DNA from: Bacteroidota bacterium
GTDB lineage: Bacteria; Bacteroidota; Rhodothermia; JANXDC01
DNA length: 64,000 bases
NCBI GenBank assembly: GCA_025059945.1
Contig: JANXDC010000001.1
Location: forward strand, 1,677-65,676
Direction: 5' to 3'
A model generated the notes under the pieces. It was not told where the DNA came from, did no database searches, and was given only the letters and a program-made list of their open reading frames with translations. The number at the start of each line of letters is the position of its first letter. Positions within the stretch are counted from its first letter, which is position 1. The position numbers were made by a program, and so were the translations under genes. Positions 37,633-47,420 of the stretch are shown piece by piece.

Positions 37633-39207
37633 ATGAACCGCTTCGATGTGCTTGTAGTGGGCAGCGGTATCGGAGGCCTGAGCTATGCGCTCAAGGTGGC
37701 CGATCGCGCCAGCGTAGCCGTCGTCACCAAAGAGTCGGCCGAATCGAGCACGCATTACGCGCAGGGCGGAATAGCCGTCGTCTGGGATCCGGCCGACTCG
37801 TTTGCCGCTCACGTGCAAGACACGCTTCGGGCGGGGGCCGGCCTATGCCGGCCAGAGGTGGTTGAGATGGTCGTGCGCGAGGGTCCGGAGCGCATCCGGG
37901 AGCTTCTCGAATGGGGGGTGCCCTTTACACGCCGAGACGGCGACCTGGACCTGCATCAGGAGGGCGGGCATTCGCATCCGCGCATCGTGCACGTGCGCGA
38001 CCAGACCGGACGGGCTCTTCAGGAGGTGCTCTTGGAGCGGGCTCGGGCGCATCCGAACGTCCACCTCTTTGATCATCATATGGCCGTGGAGCTCATCACC
38101 CGAGCTGAGTCCGGACAAGGCGCCTGCTACGGGGCCTATGTGCTGGAGTCCAGCACGGGTCGAGTGCATGCGTTTCTGGCCCGCCTCACAGTGCTGGCCA
38201 CCGGTGGCGCGGGGCGCGTATACTTATACACCAGCAACCCGCCGGTCGCCACCGGAGACGGATTGGCAATGGCCTACCGGGCCGGGGCCCGCCTGGCCAA
38301 CTTGGAGTTCATCCAGTTTCACCCCACGACGCTGTATCATCCCGAAGCGGATGGGTTTCTATTGTCCGAGGCGCTGCGCGGCTATGGGGCTTATTTGCGT
38401 ACGGCTGATGGAGAGCGCTTCATGCTGCGCTACGATGAGCGAGCCGAATTGGCCCCTCGGGATGTAGTGGCGCGTGCCATCGAGCTTGAGCGCGAACGCC
38501 GAAATCAGCCGTGCGTGTACCTGGACGTGACACACAAGCCGGCCTCGGAGGTTCGCGAGCGCTTTCCGTACCTCTACCAGACGTGCCTGCGCTACGGAAT
38601 CGACATAACGCGTCAGTGGATTCCCGTGGTGCCGGCCGCCCATTACGTGTGCGGCGGGGTGGTAGTAGACCTCTGGGGGCGCACGACGCTACCGCGCCTG
38701 TATGCGATCGGAGAGGTCTCCCATACCGGGCTACATGGAGCCAACCGATTGGCAAGCAACGCGCTTCTGGAGGCGCTCGTCTACGCCCATCGCGCTGCTC
38801 AGGCCACGCTGGCCGAGTTGCGGATGTTTGCGCTTCCGCGCCAGGTCCCGGACTGGGAGGGCCCCGTCGGCGCGGAGCCCGAGCAGGGCTTGCCTCTTGT
38901 AGAGCGTCGCGAACGGCTGCGCCAAACGATGAGCGAATGCGTGGGCCTTGTGCGCAGCCCGAAGCGGCTGGAGCGCGCACGGCGCCGTGTGCGGCGGCTG
39001 CTAAAAGAGCTGGAGGCTCTATCCGGAAGCGCCCGACCCTCGGTTGCCCTGCTAGAGCTGCGCAACCTGACGCAGACGGCTTATCTTATCATCCGAGCGG
39101 CCTTATGGCGCCGTGAGAGCCGAGGCCTGCACTACAGAACGGACTATCCCGAGCCGGATCCCCGATTTCTGCGAGATACGATCCTGGAGGCTGCAAAGAT
39201 CTGGTAA
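37633..39207 (+). CDS. nadB: L-aspartate oxidase
   Basis: MNRFDVLVVGSGIGGLSYAL...HYAQGGIA...RPHSH-like region...HYVCGGV match an FAD flavoprotein of the NadB/SdhA family. Start at ATG 37633, 2 nt after the nfi stop. The track's 117-codon N-extension is rejected. Confidence 0.85.
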   Translation: MNRFDVLVVGSGIGGLSYALKVADRASVAVVTKESAESSTHYAQGGIAVVWDPADSFAAHVQDTLRAGAGLCRPEVVEMVVREGPERIRELLEWGVPFTRRDGDLDLHQEGGHSHPRIVHVRDQTGRALQEVLLERARAHPNVHLFDHHMAVELITRAESGQGACYGAYVLESSTGRVHAFLARLTVLATGGAGRVYLYTSNPPVATGDGLAMAYRAGARLANLEFIQFHPTTLYHPEADGFLLSEALRGYGAYLRTADGERFMLRYDERAELAPRDVVARAIELERERRNQPCVYLDVTHKPASEVRERFPYLYQTCLRYGIDITRQWIPVVPAAHYVCGGVVVDLWGRTTLPRLYAIGEVSHTGLHGANRLASNALLEALVYAHRAAQATLAELRMFALPRQVPDWEGPVGAEPEQGLPLVERRERLRQTMSECVGLVRSPKRLERARRRVRRLLKELEALSGSARPSVALLELRNLTQTAYLIIRAALWRRESRGLHYRTDYPEPDPRFLRDTILEAAKIW

Positions 39208-39283
39208 CAAACCCCTCATGGCGTTGTTCGGAGGCTAGCGGGGGTCTATTTTCCATCGCCTCACAGCAAGGGGGTTCCGTCCT

Positions 39284-40768
39284 ATGTTGCGCGTAGGAGC
39301 TTTCGGCTTTGTGCTTCTTGGGCTTCTGTCCGCATCGGTTCCGACGCAGGCCCAGCGCCGTCTTTCGCCGGATACCCTGATTGTTCAGCAGCGCACCGCC
39401 CTCATCCAAGGTCAGCGCATCCCGTACCGCGCGGTGGCCGGCACGCAGCCCGTCTGGAACCGGGCCGGCCGGCCGATCGCCTATGTGTTCTACGTCTATT
39501 ATGAGCGCACGGATGTGCCCAATCGGGCTGAACGGCCGCTTCTGATCTCCTTTAACGGCGGGCCGGGTTCGGCCTCCGTCTGGATGCATATCGGCTATAC
39601 GGGCCCGCGCCGGGTGCGGATTGACTCCGAAGGTTTCCCCGTGCAACCCTACGGCATAGAGGACAATCCGCACGCGATCCTGGACGTGGCCGACATCCTG
39701 TACGTGGACCCCGTTAACACGGGCTTTTCGCGGGCGCTGTCCGATACGGTGAACCTGCGCCAGTTTTTCGGGGTCAACGAGGACGTGGCCTATCTGGCGG
39801 ATTGGATCGCACACTGGGTCAGCCGAAACGGCCGATGGGCTTCGCCCAAGTTCCTGATCGGGGAAAGCTACGGCACCACGCGCGTCTCGGGCCTGGCCGG
39901 CGTCCTTCAAGAGCGGCACTGGATGTATCTGAATGGCGTCATCCTGGTCTCTCCAACCGGGCTGGGCATCCCCCGAGACGGCCCCGTTGGGCAGGCGCTG
40001 CTGCTCCCTTATTACGCGGCCGCTGCGTACTATCATCGGCGTTTGAGTCCGGATCTGCAGAGCCGCAGCCTGGAGGCCCTCCTGGCCGAAGTAGAGGCCT
40101 TTGCGATCGATACTTACTTGCCTGCCCTGGCCCGGGGCGGGTTCCTTGAGCCGGAGCGTCGGCGTGAAGTCGCCCGTCAAGTCGCCCGCTACTCGGGTCT
40201 TGCCGAGACGGTCGTGCTCGCCTATAACCTAGCCGTTCCCCGAAACGTTTTCTGGAAGGAGCTGCTGCGCGATCAAGCGCTGACCATAGGCCGGTTGGAT
40301 TCCCGCTATCGGGGGCTTGATCGACAAGCGGCGGGCGAGCAGTTTGACCATGATCCCGCGCTGTCGGCCTGGAATCACGCTTTTACGCCGGCCATCAACC
40401 AATATCTGCGCGCAGAGCTCGGCGTGCGCACGGATTTGGAGTATTGGATCTTCGGCCCTGTGCAGCCTTGGAATCGACAGGGGGATCAGACCGGCGAACA
40501 GCTCCGCCGCGCTATGGCCCAAAACCCATATTTGCAGGTGCTCTTCCAGGTGGGCTACTTCGATGGGGGCACGGACTACTTCTCGGCCAAGTACACGATG
40601 TGGCAATTGGACCCTAGTGGCAAGCTGCGCGACCGGTTTGTGTTCAAGGGCTACCCCAGCGGGCACATGATGTATCTGCGCGACGAGGACCTTAAGCGCG
40701 CCAACGACGATCTGCGCGCCTTTATCCGGCAGGCCGTCGAGGCCGCCCGCAAACCGGCCCGCTACTAG
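39284..40768 (+). CDS. Peptidase S10 family serine carboxypeptidase-like protein
   Basis: Signal peptide. LISFNGGPGSASVW and LIGESYGTTRV (GESYG nucleophile motif). Confidence 0.75.
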   Translation: MLRVGAFGFVLLGLLSASVPTQAQRRLSPDTLIVQQRTALIQGQRIPYRAVAGTQPVWNRAGRPIAYVFYVYYERTDVPNRAERPLLISFNGGPGSASVWMHIGYTGPRRVRIDSEGFPVQPYGIEDNPHAILDVADILYVDPVNTGFSRALSDTVNLRQFFGVNEDVAYLADWIAHWVSRNGRWASPKFLIGESYGTTRVSGLAGVLQERHWMYLNGVILVSPTGLGIPRDGPVGQALLLPYYAAAAYYHRRLSPDLQSRSLEALLAEVEAFAIDTYLPALARGGFLEPERRREVARQVARYSGLAETVVLAYNLAVPRNVFWKELLRDQALTIGRLDSRYRGLDRQAAGEQFDHDPALSAWNHAFTPAINQYLRAELGVRTDLEYWIFGPVQPWNRQGDQTGEQLRRAMAQNPYLQVLFQVGYFDGGTDYFSAKYTMWQLDPSGKLRDRFVFKGYPSGHMMYLRDEDLKRANDDLRAFIRQAVEAARKPARY

Positions 40769-40850
40769 GGGCCTCGATTTTTGCTTTTGGGGGCGTATGC
40801 CCTAAGTTTGCACCTGTTCCAAGCTGGAACAAAGCTGAGGAACGGGTCCT

Positions 40851-42260
40851 ATGCCCGCATCTGCGCACATCCTCATCGCCGAAGACGACCCGCAGGTGCG
40901 CCTGCCTCTACAGCGGTTTCTGGAGAACCAGGGCTTTTGGGTCGAAGCCGTAGGTACAGGTGAAGACGCCATCGAGCACATCGCCTCGGGCCGATACGAT
41001 TTGGTGATCACGGATCTGCGCATGGGGGAGACAGGGGGGCTGGAGGTGCTCGAATACGCCCGCCGGCAGCCCACCCCGCCGGAGGTGATCGTGATCACGA
41101 AATACGCCACCGTGGGCACGGCCGTCAACGCCATGCGGTTGGGCGCTTTCGATTATCTGGTCAAGCCCATTCGGCATGAGGAGCTTCTGCTCATTATCGA
41201 GAAGGCCCTGGAAAAGCGCCGCCTCATGATAGAGGTGCAGAACCTGCGCCGGCAGGTGCAGCACCGCTTCAGCTTCGAGAACATCATCGCCTATTCGGAG
41301 GCCATGCTGGCCGTAATCAAGAAGGCCAAGCGCGTGGCGCTTACCAATGCTACGCTCCTGATCGAGGGCGAATCCGGAACAGGCAAGGAGCTGCTGGCCA
41401 AGGCCATTCATCAGCACAGCCGTCGCGCCGCAGGTCCTTATGTGGCGATCAACTGCGGAGCCTTGCCGGAGTCGCTTCTGGAAAGCGAGCTTTTCGGCTA
41501 CAAAAAGGGCGCCTTTACCGGGGCTGTCTCCGACAAACCCGGGCTGATTGAGGAGGCCAACGGCGGCACGCTGTTTTTGGATGAGATCGGGGAGATGCCC
41601 CTGTCTGTGCAGGTGAAGCTTCTGCGCGTGCTGCAGGAGGGGGAAATCCGCCGTGTGGGCGATGTGCAGCTGCGCCGGGTAGATGTGCGCGTGATCGCGG
41701 CCACGAACCGCGATCTGGGTCGGCTCGTAGAACAGGGTCGGTTCCGCGAGGATCTGTACTACCGGCTCAACGTGATTCCGATCCGTATTCCGCCTTTGCG
41801 GGAGCGCAAGGAGGACATCCCGCCCCTGGTCAAGCATTTCCTGGCCAAGTTTTCCGAAGAGCTCCGACACCCGGTCAAGGAGATCACGCCGGAGGCCATG
41901 GAGGCCCTGCTGCGTTATGATTGGCCGGGCAACGTGCGGGAGCTGGAGAACACGATCGAACGCTGCGTGATTCTGTCGCATGACGACGTGATCGGGCCAG
42001 AGGATCTGCCGGAGTGGGCCCGGAGAGAGCAGCCGGCTCCTCCTATGGCTGCGGAAGCTGCCCATGACGGTCAGGCTGTGAGCTGGGGGCAGATCTGCCC
42101 AGAGTGGACGCTTGCGGAACTGGAACGCTGGTACATCTTGGAGACGTTGCGTCGTTACGCATACAACCAATCGCAGGCCGCCCGGCATTTGGGGATCGGA
42201 CGCAACACGCTCTGGAAGAAGCTTAAGCAATACGGGATCCGCATCCATAGAACCGTCTGA
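40851..42260 (+). CDS. Sigma-54-dependent Fis-family response regulator (NtrC-like)
   Basis: REC domain (LIAEDD...[11 protein letters not shown]), AAA+ domain ([14 protein letters not shown] motif, ESELFGY), C-terminal Fis-type HTH. Confidence 0.85.
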   Translation: MPASAHILIAEDDPQVRLPLQRFLENQGFWVEAVGTGEDAIEHIASGRYDLVITDLRMGETGGLEVLEYARRQPTPPEVIVITKYATVGTAVNAMRLGAFDYLVKPIRHEELLLIIEKALEKRRLMIEVQNLRRQVQHRFSFENIIAYSEAMLAVIKKAKRVALTNATLLIEGESGTGKELLAKAIHQHSRRAAGPYVAINCGALPESLLESELFGYKKGAFTGAVSDKPGLIEEANGGTLFLDEIGEMPLSVQVKLLRVLQEGEIRRVGDVQLRRVDVRVIAATNRDLGRLVEQGRFREDLYYRLNVIPIRIPPLRERKEDIPPLVKHFLAKFSEELRHPVKEITPEAMEALLRYDWPGNVRELENTIERCVILSHDDVIGPEDLPEWARREQPAPPMAAEAAHDGQAVSWGQICPEWTLAELERWYILETLRRYAYNQSQAARHLGIGRNTLWKKLKQYGIRIHRTV

Positions 42261-42268
42261 AAGGCCCC

Positions 42269-43042
42269 ATGGCTCACCTCGTAGAACCCGAAGTTGGACT
42301 CCCCTACACGCCGGACTGGACCCACGCCGAAGTCCCTTTTCCATGGGAGCGGTGGTTCGGACGCGTGGCGCCTCTGCGTGTGGAGATCGGCTTCGGAAAC
42401 GGGGAGTTCCTAGCGGCCATGACCGCTCGCCACCCGGATCGCAACTGGGTCGGAATCGAAATTTCGCGCATCAGCGTGCACAAGGCCGATAAGAGGCTAT
42501 CGGCGCACGCCCTTGAACATGTGCGGCTTTTGCACGGGGACGCGCGCTTGTTTCTGCTCATAGGGTTCGCCCCGCAAACGGTAGAGACGGTCTATTTCAA
42601 CTGCCCCGATCCCTGGTTCAAAAAGCGCCATCACAAACACCGCCTCTTACAGCCCGAGATGGTGCAGCTGCTGGCCAACCGGCTATCACCGGAAGGCGAG
42701 CTCTGGGTGGTGACGGATACGGTGGAATTTCGCGACCACCTGCTGGAGGTCCTGCCCAGCTCCGCCGTGTTCGCTCCTGCTGCAGAAGGTCTGTACGCGG
42801 AGACCCTACCCGAGGCCTATCCTCTTACCAAATACATGCGTCAGGGCATAGCCGAAGGCCGCAGGTTGTATTTTTTCCGCTGGCGGAAGGTTGGACATCC
42901 GGAGGTGGATCCGGCCGTTTACGCGGGGCGATTTTACCTCAAGGAGTCCTTAGCGCGCTACGCAGAGCCCGTGCGGCTGCGCATCCTGGAGCAGCTCCGC
43001 CGGGCCTGGGCGTTTAAGGAGCCGGCCGCAACATACCCGTGA
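42269..43042 (+). CDS. trmB: tRNA (guanine46-N7)-methyltransferase
   Basis: LRVEIGFGNGEFL...YFNCPDPWFKKRHHKHRL are TrmB motifs. Confidence 0.85.
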   Translation: MAHLVEPEVGLPYTPDWTHAEVPFPWERWFGRVAPLRVEIGFGNGEFLAAMTARHPDRNWVGIEISRISVHKADKRLSAHALEHVRLLHGDARLFLLIGFAPQTVETVYFNCPDPWFKKRHHKHRLLQPEMVQLLANRLSPEGELWVVTDTVEFRDHLLEVLPSSAVFAPAAEGLYAETLPEAYPLTKYMRQGIAEGRRLYFFRWRKVGHPEVDPAVYAGRFYLKESLARYAEPVRLRILEQLRRAWAFKEPAATYP

Positions 43043-43598
43043 TCCCACTACGGATCATGGACACGGCGATGGCCGAAAGAAACAGGCTTGCGATCTTGCC
43101 AAAGGCCTTGGCGCCGGCTTCTCCCGTAACGCGTCGGATGTGTCCGCCGAAGAGCAAAATCAATCCGGACAGCACAAGGTTGGCCACCAAAGCCAGAAGC
43201 GTGATGAGGTAGCCGTACTGGGAGACGAGCACTAGGATCGTTGTAATCGCCGCCGGCCCTACGGTAAGCGGGATACCAATGGGCACCACCCCAGCGGAGG
43301 CGTCCCGACGGCGGCGCTCCTCGACGGAAAACAAAACGTCGTAGATCCCCAGCACCAACAGGATAAGCCCGCCCGCCACGCGCAGATCATGAAGCGTAAT
43401 GCCTAGAAAGCGGAAGACGAATTGGCCGGCAAATAGAATCAGCAGCGCAAGCCCAAAAGCGGCCGAGAGCGCCTGGTACACAAGGCGTCTACGCTCGGTC
43501 GGTGAGAGCCCCTCGGTCAGACCCAGATATATCGGAAGCACGCCTAGCGTGTTCAAGGCGACGAAGAGGGGAATGAAGGCCTCAAGAAAAGCCCGCAT
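43014..43598 (-). CDS. MarC family (UPF0056) integral membrane protein
   Basis: The MarC signature covers the full-length 194 aa six-TM protein. Its 3' end overlaps trmB by 29 bp. Confidence 0.75.
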   Translation of the reverse strand: MRAFLEAFIPLFVALNTLGVLPIYLGLTEGLSPTERRRLVYQALSAAFGLALLILFAGQFVFRFLGITLHDLRVAGGLILLVLGIYDVLFSVEERRRRDASAGVVPIGIPLTVGPAAITTILVLVSQYGYLITLLALVANLVLSGLILLFGGHIRRVTGEAGAKAFGKIASLFLSAIAVSMIRSGITGMLRPAP

Positions 43599-43636
43599 GG
43601 GTCGGCTTCTAAGTGTGTGCGGCGAAGGTAATCCTT

Positions 43637-45292
43637 ATGAGGCGCTTTGAGCAACGAACCGAACCGGAGCTAGCTTCGCTCTATGAGCCGCAGCGTTTCT
43701 GGAATCGGCCCGTGGTGATTCTGGATTGCGAAAGCACGGGTGTCCGAGTCGAACGCGACCGGATCATCGAGCTCGCCCTCTGGCGCATAGATCCGGAGGG
43801 GAGGCAAGAGCGCTTCGCGAGCCTCCTCAACCCTGAGACGTGGTTACCCCCTCACATTGCGGCCCTTACGGGCATCCGGCCAGCCGAGCTTTGGCGGGCT
43901 CCGCGTTTTCAGGACCTATGGCCAAAGTTGCATCCTTTACTTGAGGGGGCCGTGCTGGTGGGCCATAACGTCCGCTTCGATGTGCGCCTTTTGCAGGCCG
44001 AGCTGCGTCGGCTGGGGGTTGCATGGAAGCCTGGGCCGACCCTGTGCACCCTGCGGCTAGCGCGTCGGCTGCTCCCGGGCCTTCCGAGCCGCTCGCTGGA
44101 CGCTTTGGCGAAGTATTTGGGCCTAGAACCTCGTCTGCGGCACCGGGCCATGCCCGATGTAGAGCTGACCAAACAGATTCTGGATTTTCTCGCGCATCAG
44201 GCTGCCCAGCAAGAGGGGTTGCGCTCGCTTGCGGAGCTGCTCTCCTGGCAGTACGCGAGCAAGTACCTGCGCACGCAGGTCCCTAGTTTGCGCGCGCTGG
44301 AGCCCGTGCTGCGCCAGGTGCCCAAGACCCCTGGCATATACCGTTTCTACGGTTCAGACGGGCAGCTACTCTATGTGGGCAAAGCCGCATGCCTACGCAA
44401 GCGGGTGCAAAGCCACTTCACGGCCTTGGACAGCAAGCCCGTACACCTGCAGGGCCTCATAAAACGTGTAAGCGCCATTGAGTGGCAGGAGGCGCGCTGC
44501 GAGCTGGAGGCCCTGCTTATGGAGGCTTGGGAGATCGCACGATATCGACCGCCCTTCAACCGACAGGGTGCGCGTCCTGCGCGCGGGTTTTTCGTTCGCC
44601 TAGCTCCTCCTGGTGAGCGGTTTGCGGTGCACTGGACTTTTGACGTCGACCCAGAGGATTCGGGCCACTACTATGGGCCCTTTCGACGTCGAGATTGGGC
44701 CGCTCGGGTAGTCGACCTGGTTCGGGAGCACATCTCAGGCTTGCCTGAAGAGAAGCGCTGGGCGGTCGCACGGCGTTTTTTATCTCAAGCTTCCAATGGC
44801 ATCTTGGAGGCGGTGCGGGTCCGCATGCTACGGGCAGCAGAAGAAGAGGATTTCGAAGAGGCCATCGCGTGGCGGGAGCTATGGAGCGAACTACGCCGCG
44901 TGCTCGGTTGGATGCCCGAAGGGCCCGCTTCCCTGGAGTCGGGCAATACGTTAGGACGCGAGCACGCGGGTCGCTCAGTGCGGCTGTGGCTGGTGCGCGG
45001 CGGATCCTGGATGGGCGTGCGCGATTTTCCGGCCTCGATCTCCCCGTCGATCCTGGCCGAGGCCCTGGCTCGATGGTGGGCCGAAGCCGTCGTGGAATGG
45101 CCCCCTGGGGTTAAGCGCGCGCCCCGTTGGTGGCGCATTCGTGAGCGGCGGCTGCTGTTGCGCTGGATAGCGCTTCATGGAACGCGGGATCGCGTGTTTG
45201 CCTTGGGCCCAGAGCCTGATTGGCTGGAGGCCGCCCGGTGGGCTCTATCGGACTTGCCCCCCATCTTGCCGCCCAAGCAGAGTCCGTTGTAG
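43637..45292 (+). CDS. DnaQ-like (DEDDh) 3'-5' exonuclease fused to GIY-YIG nuclease domain (Cho/UvrC-N-like) with C-terminal unknown domain
   Basis: VILDCESTG...ELALWR (Exo I), LVGHNVRFDVRLL (Exo II), and an Exo III region with H and D. GIYRFYGSDGQLLYVGKAACLRKRVQSHF...E is the GIY-YIG motif. About 240 aa at the C-terminus have no recognisable motif. Start at ATG 43637. Confidence 0.7.
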   Translation: MRRFEQRTEPELASLYEPQRFWNRPVVILDCESTGVRVERDRIIELALWRIDPEGRQERFASLLNPETWLPPHIAALTGIRPAELWRAPRFQDLWPKLHPLLEGAVLVGHNVRFDVRLLQAELRRLGVAWKPGPTLCTLRLARRLLPGLPSRSLDALAKYLGLEPRLRHRAMPDVELTKQILDFLAHQAAQQEGLRSLAELLSWQYASKYLRTQVPSLRALEPVLRQVPKTPGIYRFYGSDGQLLYVGKAACLRKRVQSHFTALDSKPVHLQGLIKRVSAIEWQEARCELEALLMEAWEIARYRPPFNRQGARPARGFFVRLAPPGERFAVHWTFDVDPEDSGHYYGPFRRRDWAARVVDLVREHISGLPEEKRWAVARRFLSQASNGILEAVRVRMLRAAEEEDFEEAIAWRELWSELRRVLGWMPEGPASLESGNTLGREHAGRSVRLWLVRGGSWMGVRDFPASISPSILAEALARWWAEAVVEWPPGVKRAPRWWRIRERRLLLRWIALHGTRDRVFALGPEPDWLEAARWALSDLPPILPPKQSPL

Positions 45293-45323
45293 CTTGCCCT
45301 GCGTCAAGCAGGCGGAACCGCTC

Positions 45324-47420
45324 ATGAAAGCCGAACAAGCCGGGCTTGCGGCCACAGCATGGTCGCAAGGGATCCGCTGGGAGGAAGTGGCGCGGTTATT
45401 TCTGCTCTCTCGGGCTCTGGATCGAATCGAGGAGCAGGAGCTCGTGCCCCAGCGCCTGGTGACGTATCAGTTCTCGGCCCGAGGCCATGAGCTGGTGCAG
45501 ATCCTCCTGGGCTTGGCCTTGCGCCATCCCCACGACGGGGCGGCCGTCTATTACCGCTCGCGCCCCTTTATGCTCTCCGTCGGGCTGACGCCAGTTGAGG
45601 CGCTGCGGGCCACGATGGGCAGGTCCCAAAGCCCCTCTGAGGGCCGCGACATCGGGGTGGTCTTCAACATGCCTCCTAGGCTCGGAGTAACGGTCCTGCC
45701 CATGAGCGGCGACGTGGGCGCTCAGTTCACCCCGGCTGTGGGATGGGCACAGGCCATTCGGTACCGGACCGAGGTGCTGGGGCACGCCGACTGGAACGGG
45801 GCCATAGCGGCCGCCTTGGCCGGAGATGCGGCCTGCGCCACAGGCGGGTTCTGGGCCGCGCTGACGATCGCCACCACGCTTCGGTTGCCCATGTTATTTT
45901 TCATCGAGGACAACGGCTACGGCATCTCCGTGCCCGCCGCGCTGCAAATCCCCGGAGGTAACATCGCCCAAGCCCTACGGGCCTTTCCTCAGCTAAAGGT
46001 TTTCGACGCCGACGGCACAGATCCTCAGGAGGCCGCTCAGACGATCCAGGAGGCCGTGGGCCTGTTGCGGGAGGGCGAAGGCCCGGTATTGGCGCGCTTT
46101 TCCGTACCGCGCCTGTGCGGGCATTCCGTTACGGATAACCAAGCCTACAAATCCCCCGAAGAACGAGCCCAAGAAGAGGCCCGAGACCCACTGCGCAGGT
46201 TGCGGCAATGGATGGCGCGCACGGCGGGATGGGACGAGGCGCACTGGGCGGAGGAGGAAGAGGCCGCCGAGCGCCGGGTGCGGCAGGCGCTTGCAGAGGC
46301 CCTGCGGACGCCGGAGCCGGATCCTCAGACGGTGACCCGGTTCGTATACCATGAACCGGCGCATCCGCAGCAGGTGGGGGGGCTGCTTCCGGAAGGTTGG
46401 CGTCCGGAACCCACAGAGCCGGAGCCGCGGCCCTCGGATCGAACGCGGATCAACATGGGGGAGGCGATCCGGCGCACGTTGCGCTCGGAACTATCCCGCA
46501 ATCCCCGAATGCTCGTTTTCGGCGAGGATGTGGGCCTAAAGGGGGGCGTGCACGGCGTCACCTTGGATCTTCAGCGGGAATTCGGTCCGGCGCGCGTTTT
46601 CGATACTTCCCTCAATGAAGAGGGCATCATAGGGCGCGCTTTGGGTATGGCCCTGGCCGGCCTGCTGCCGGTTCCGGAGATCCAGTTTCGCAAGTACGCC
46701 GATCCAGCCACCGAGCAGCTCAACGACATAGGGACGATCCGGTGGCGCACGGCCGGCCGCTTTGCCGCGCCGATGGTGGTGCGCATCCCCGTTGGACATG
46801 GCCGCCGCACCGGAGATCCCTGGCACAGTGTCTCCGGGGAGGCCGTTTTCGCGCACACCCCCGGCTGGGTGATCCTGTATCCCTCGGATGCCGAGGAGGC
46901 CGTGGGGCTGCTGCGCTCGGCGCTGCGGGGCAACGATCCGGTTTTGTTCTTGGAACACCGGGCCCTACTGGACGCCCCGGAAGCCCGGCGCCCCTATCCG
47001 GGGGACGATTACGGGATCCCCATCGGACGGGCGAGGCGGGTTCGGTCGGGTTCGGCCCTTACCGTGGTCAGTTGGGGTGAGGCCCTGCATCGGGTTCTGG
47101 CCGCCATAGAGGGGCTTGAGGAGCAAGCCATTGAGGTGTTGGACCTGCGCACGGTGCATCCCTGGGATCGGGAGACGGTCTTTGCTTCCGTGCGCAAAAC
47201 AGGTCGCCTTCTGGTGGTGCACGAGGATACGCGCACCTGCGGGATCGGGGCCGAAATGCTGGCGGCGGTCTGCGAGGAGCTCTTCGAGTACCTCGATGCG
47301 CCCGTAGCGCGCTTGGCTGTCCCCGACGTGCCGGTCCCGTACAACCGGGGCCTTATGGAGGCTGTCTTGCCCTCGGTGGAGCGCATCCGCCAAAACATAG
47401 AGCGGCTCCTGCGCTACTGA
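45324..47420 (+). CDS. Fused alpha/beta E1 component of a 2-oxo-acid dehydrogenase (TPP-dependent)
   Basis: N-terminal half has the TPP-binding E1-alpha fold (GDxxxxxGxFxExxN-like region GDAACATGGFWAALTIA...IEDNGYG). C-terminal half is E1-beta/transketolase-like (VFGEDVG...GIIGRALGMA). Start at ATG 45324. Confidence 0.75.
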   Translation: MKAEQAGLAATAWSQGIRWEEVARLFLLSRALDRIEEQELVPQRLVTYQFSARGHELVQILLGLALRHPHDGAAVYYRSRPFMLSVGLTPVEALRATMGRSQSPSEGRDIGVVFNMPPRLGVTVLPMSGDVGAQFTPAVGWAQAIRYRTEVLGHADWNGAIAAALAGDAACATGGFWAALTIATTLRLPMLFFIEDNGYGISVPAALQIPGGNIAQALRAFPQLKVFDADGTDPQEAAQTIQEAVGLLREGEGPVLARFSVPRLCGHSVTDNQAYKSPEERAQEEARDPLRRLRQWMARTAGWDEAHWAEEEEAAERRVRQALAEALRTPEPDPQTVTRFVYHEPAHPQQVGGLLPEGWRPEPTEPEPRPSDRTRINMGEAIRRTLRSELSRNPRMLVFGEDVGLKGGVHGVTLDLQREFGPARVFDTSLNEEGIIGRALGMALAGLLPVPEIQFRKYADPATEQLNDIGTIRWRTAGRFAAPMVVRIPVGHGRRTGDPWHSVSGEAVFAHTPGWVILYPSDAEEAVGLLRSALRGNDPVLFLEHRALLDAPEARRPYPGDDYGIPIGRARRVRSGSALTVVSWGEALHRVLAAIEGLEEQAIEVLDLRTVHPWDRETVFASVRKTGRLLVVHEDTRTCGIGAEMLAAVCEELFEYLDAPVARLAVPDVPVPYNRGLMEAVLPSVERIRQNIERLLRY

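Noticed and set aside
39089-40180. 363-aa minus-strand ORF antisense to the S10 peptidase gene
   Set aside because: The plus-strand frame has GGPGS and GESYG serine-carboxypeptidase motifs. The antisense product is low-complexity.
40769-40850. Possible sigma-54 promoter (TGCC...TTGCA) upstream of the NtrC-like gene
   Set aside because: The -24 element reads ATGCCC rather than TGGCAC (the GG dinucleotide is missing). Spacing is acceptable but the match is too weak.
40908-42344. 478-aa minus-strand ORF antisense to the sigma-54 response regulator
   Set aside because: The plus strand encodes a complete REC-AAA-HTH protein with all motifs. The antisense ORF has no motifs and biased composition.
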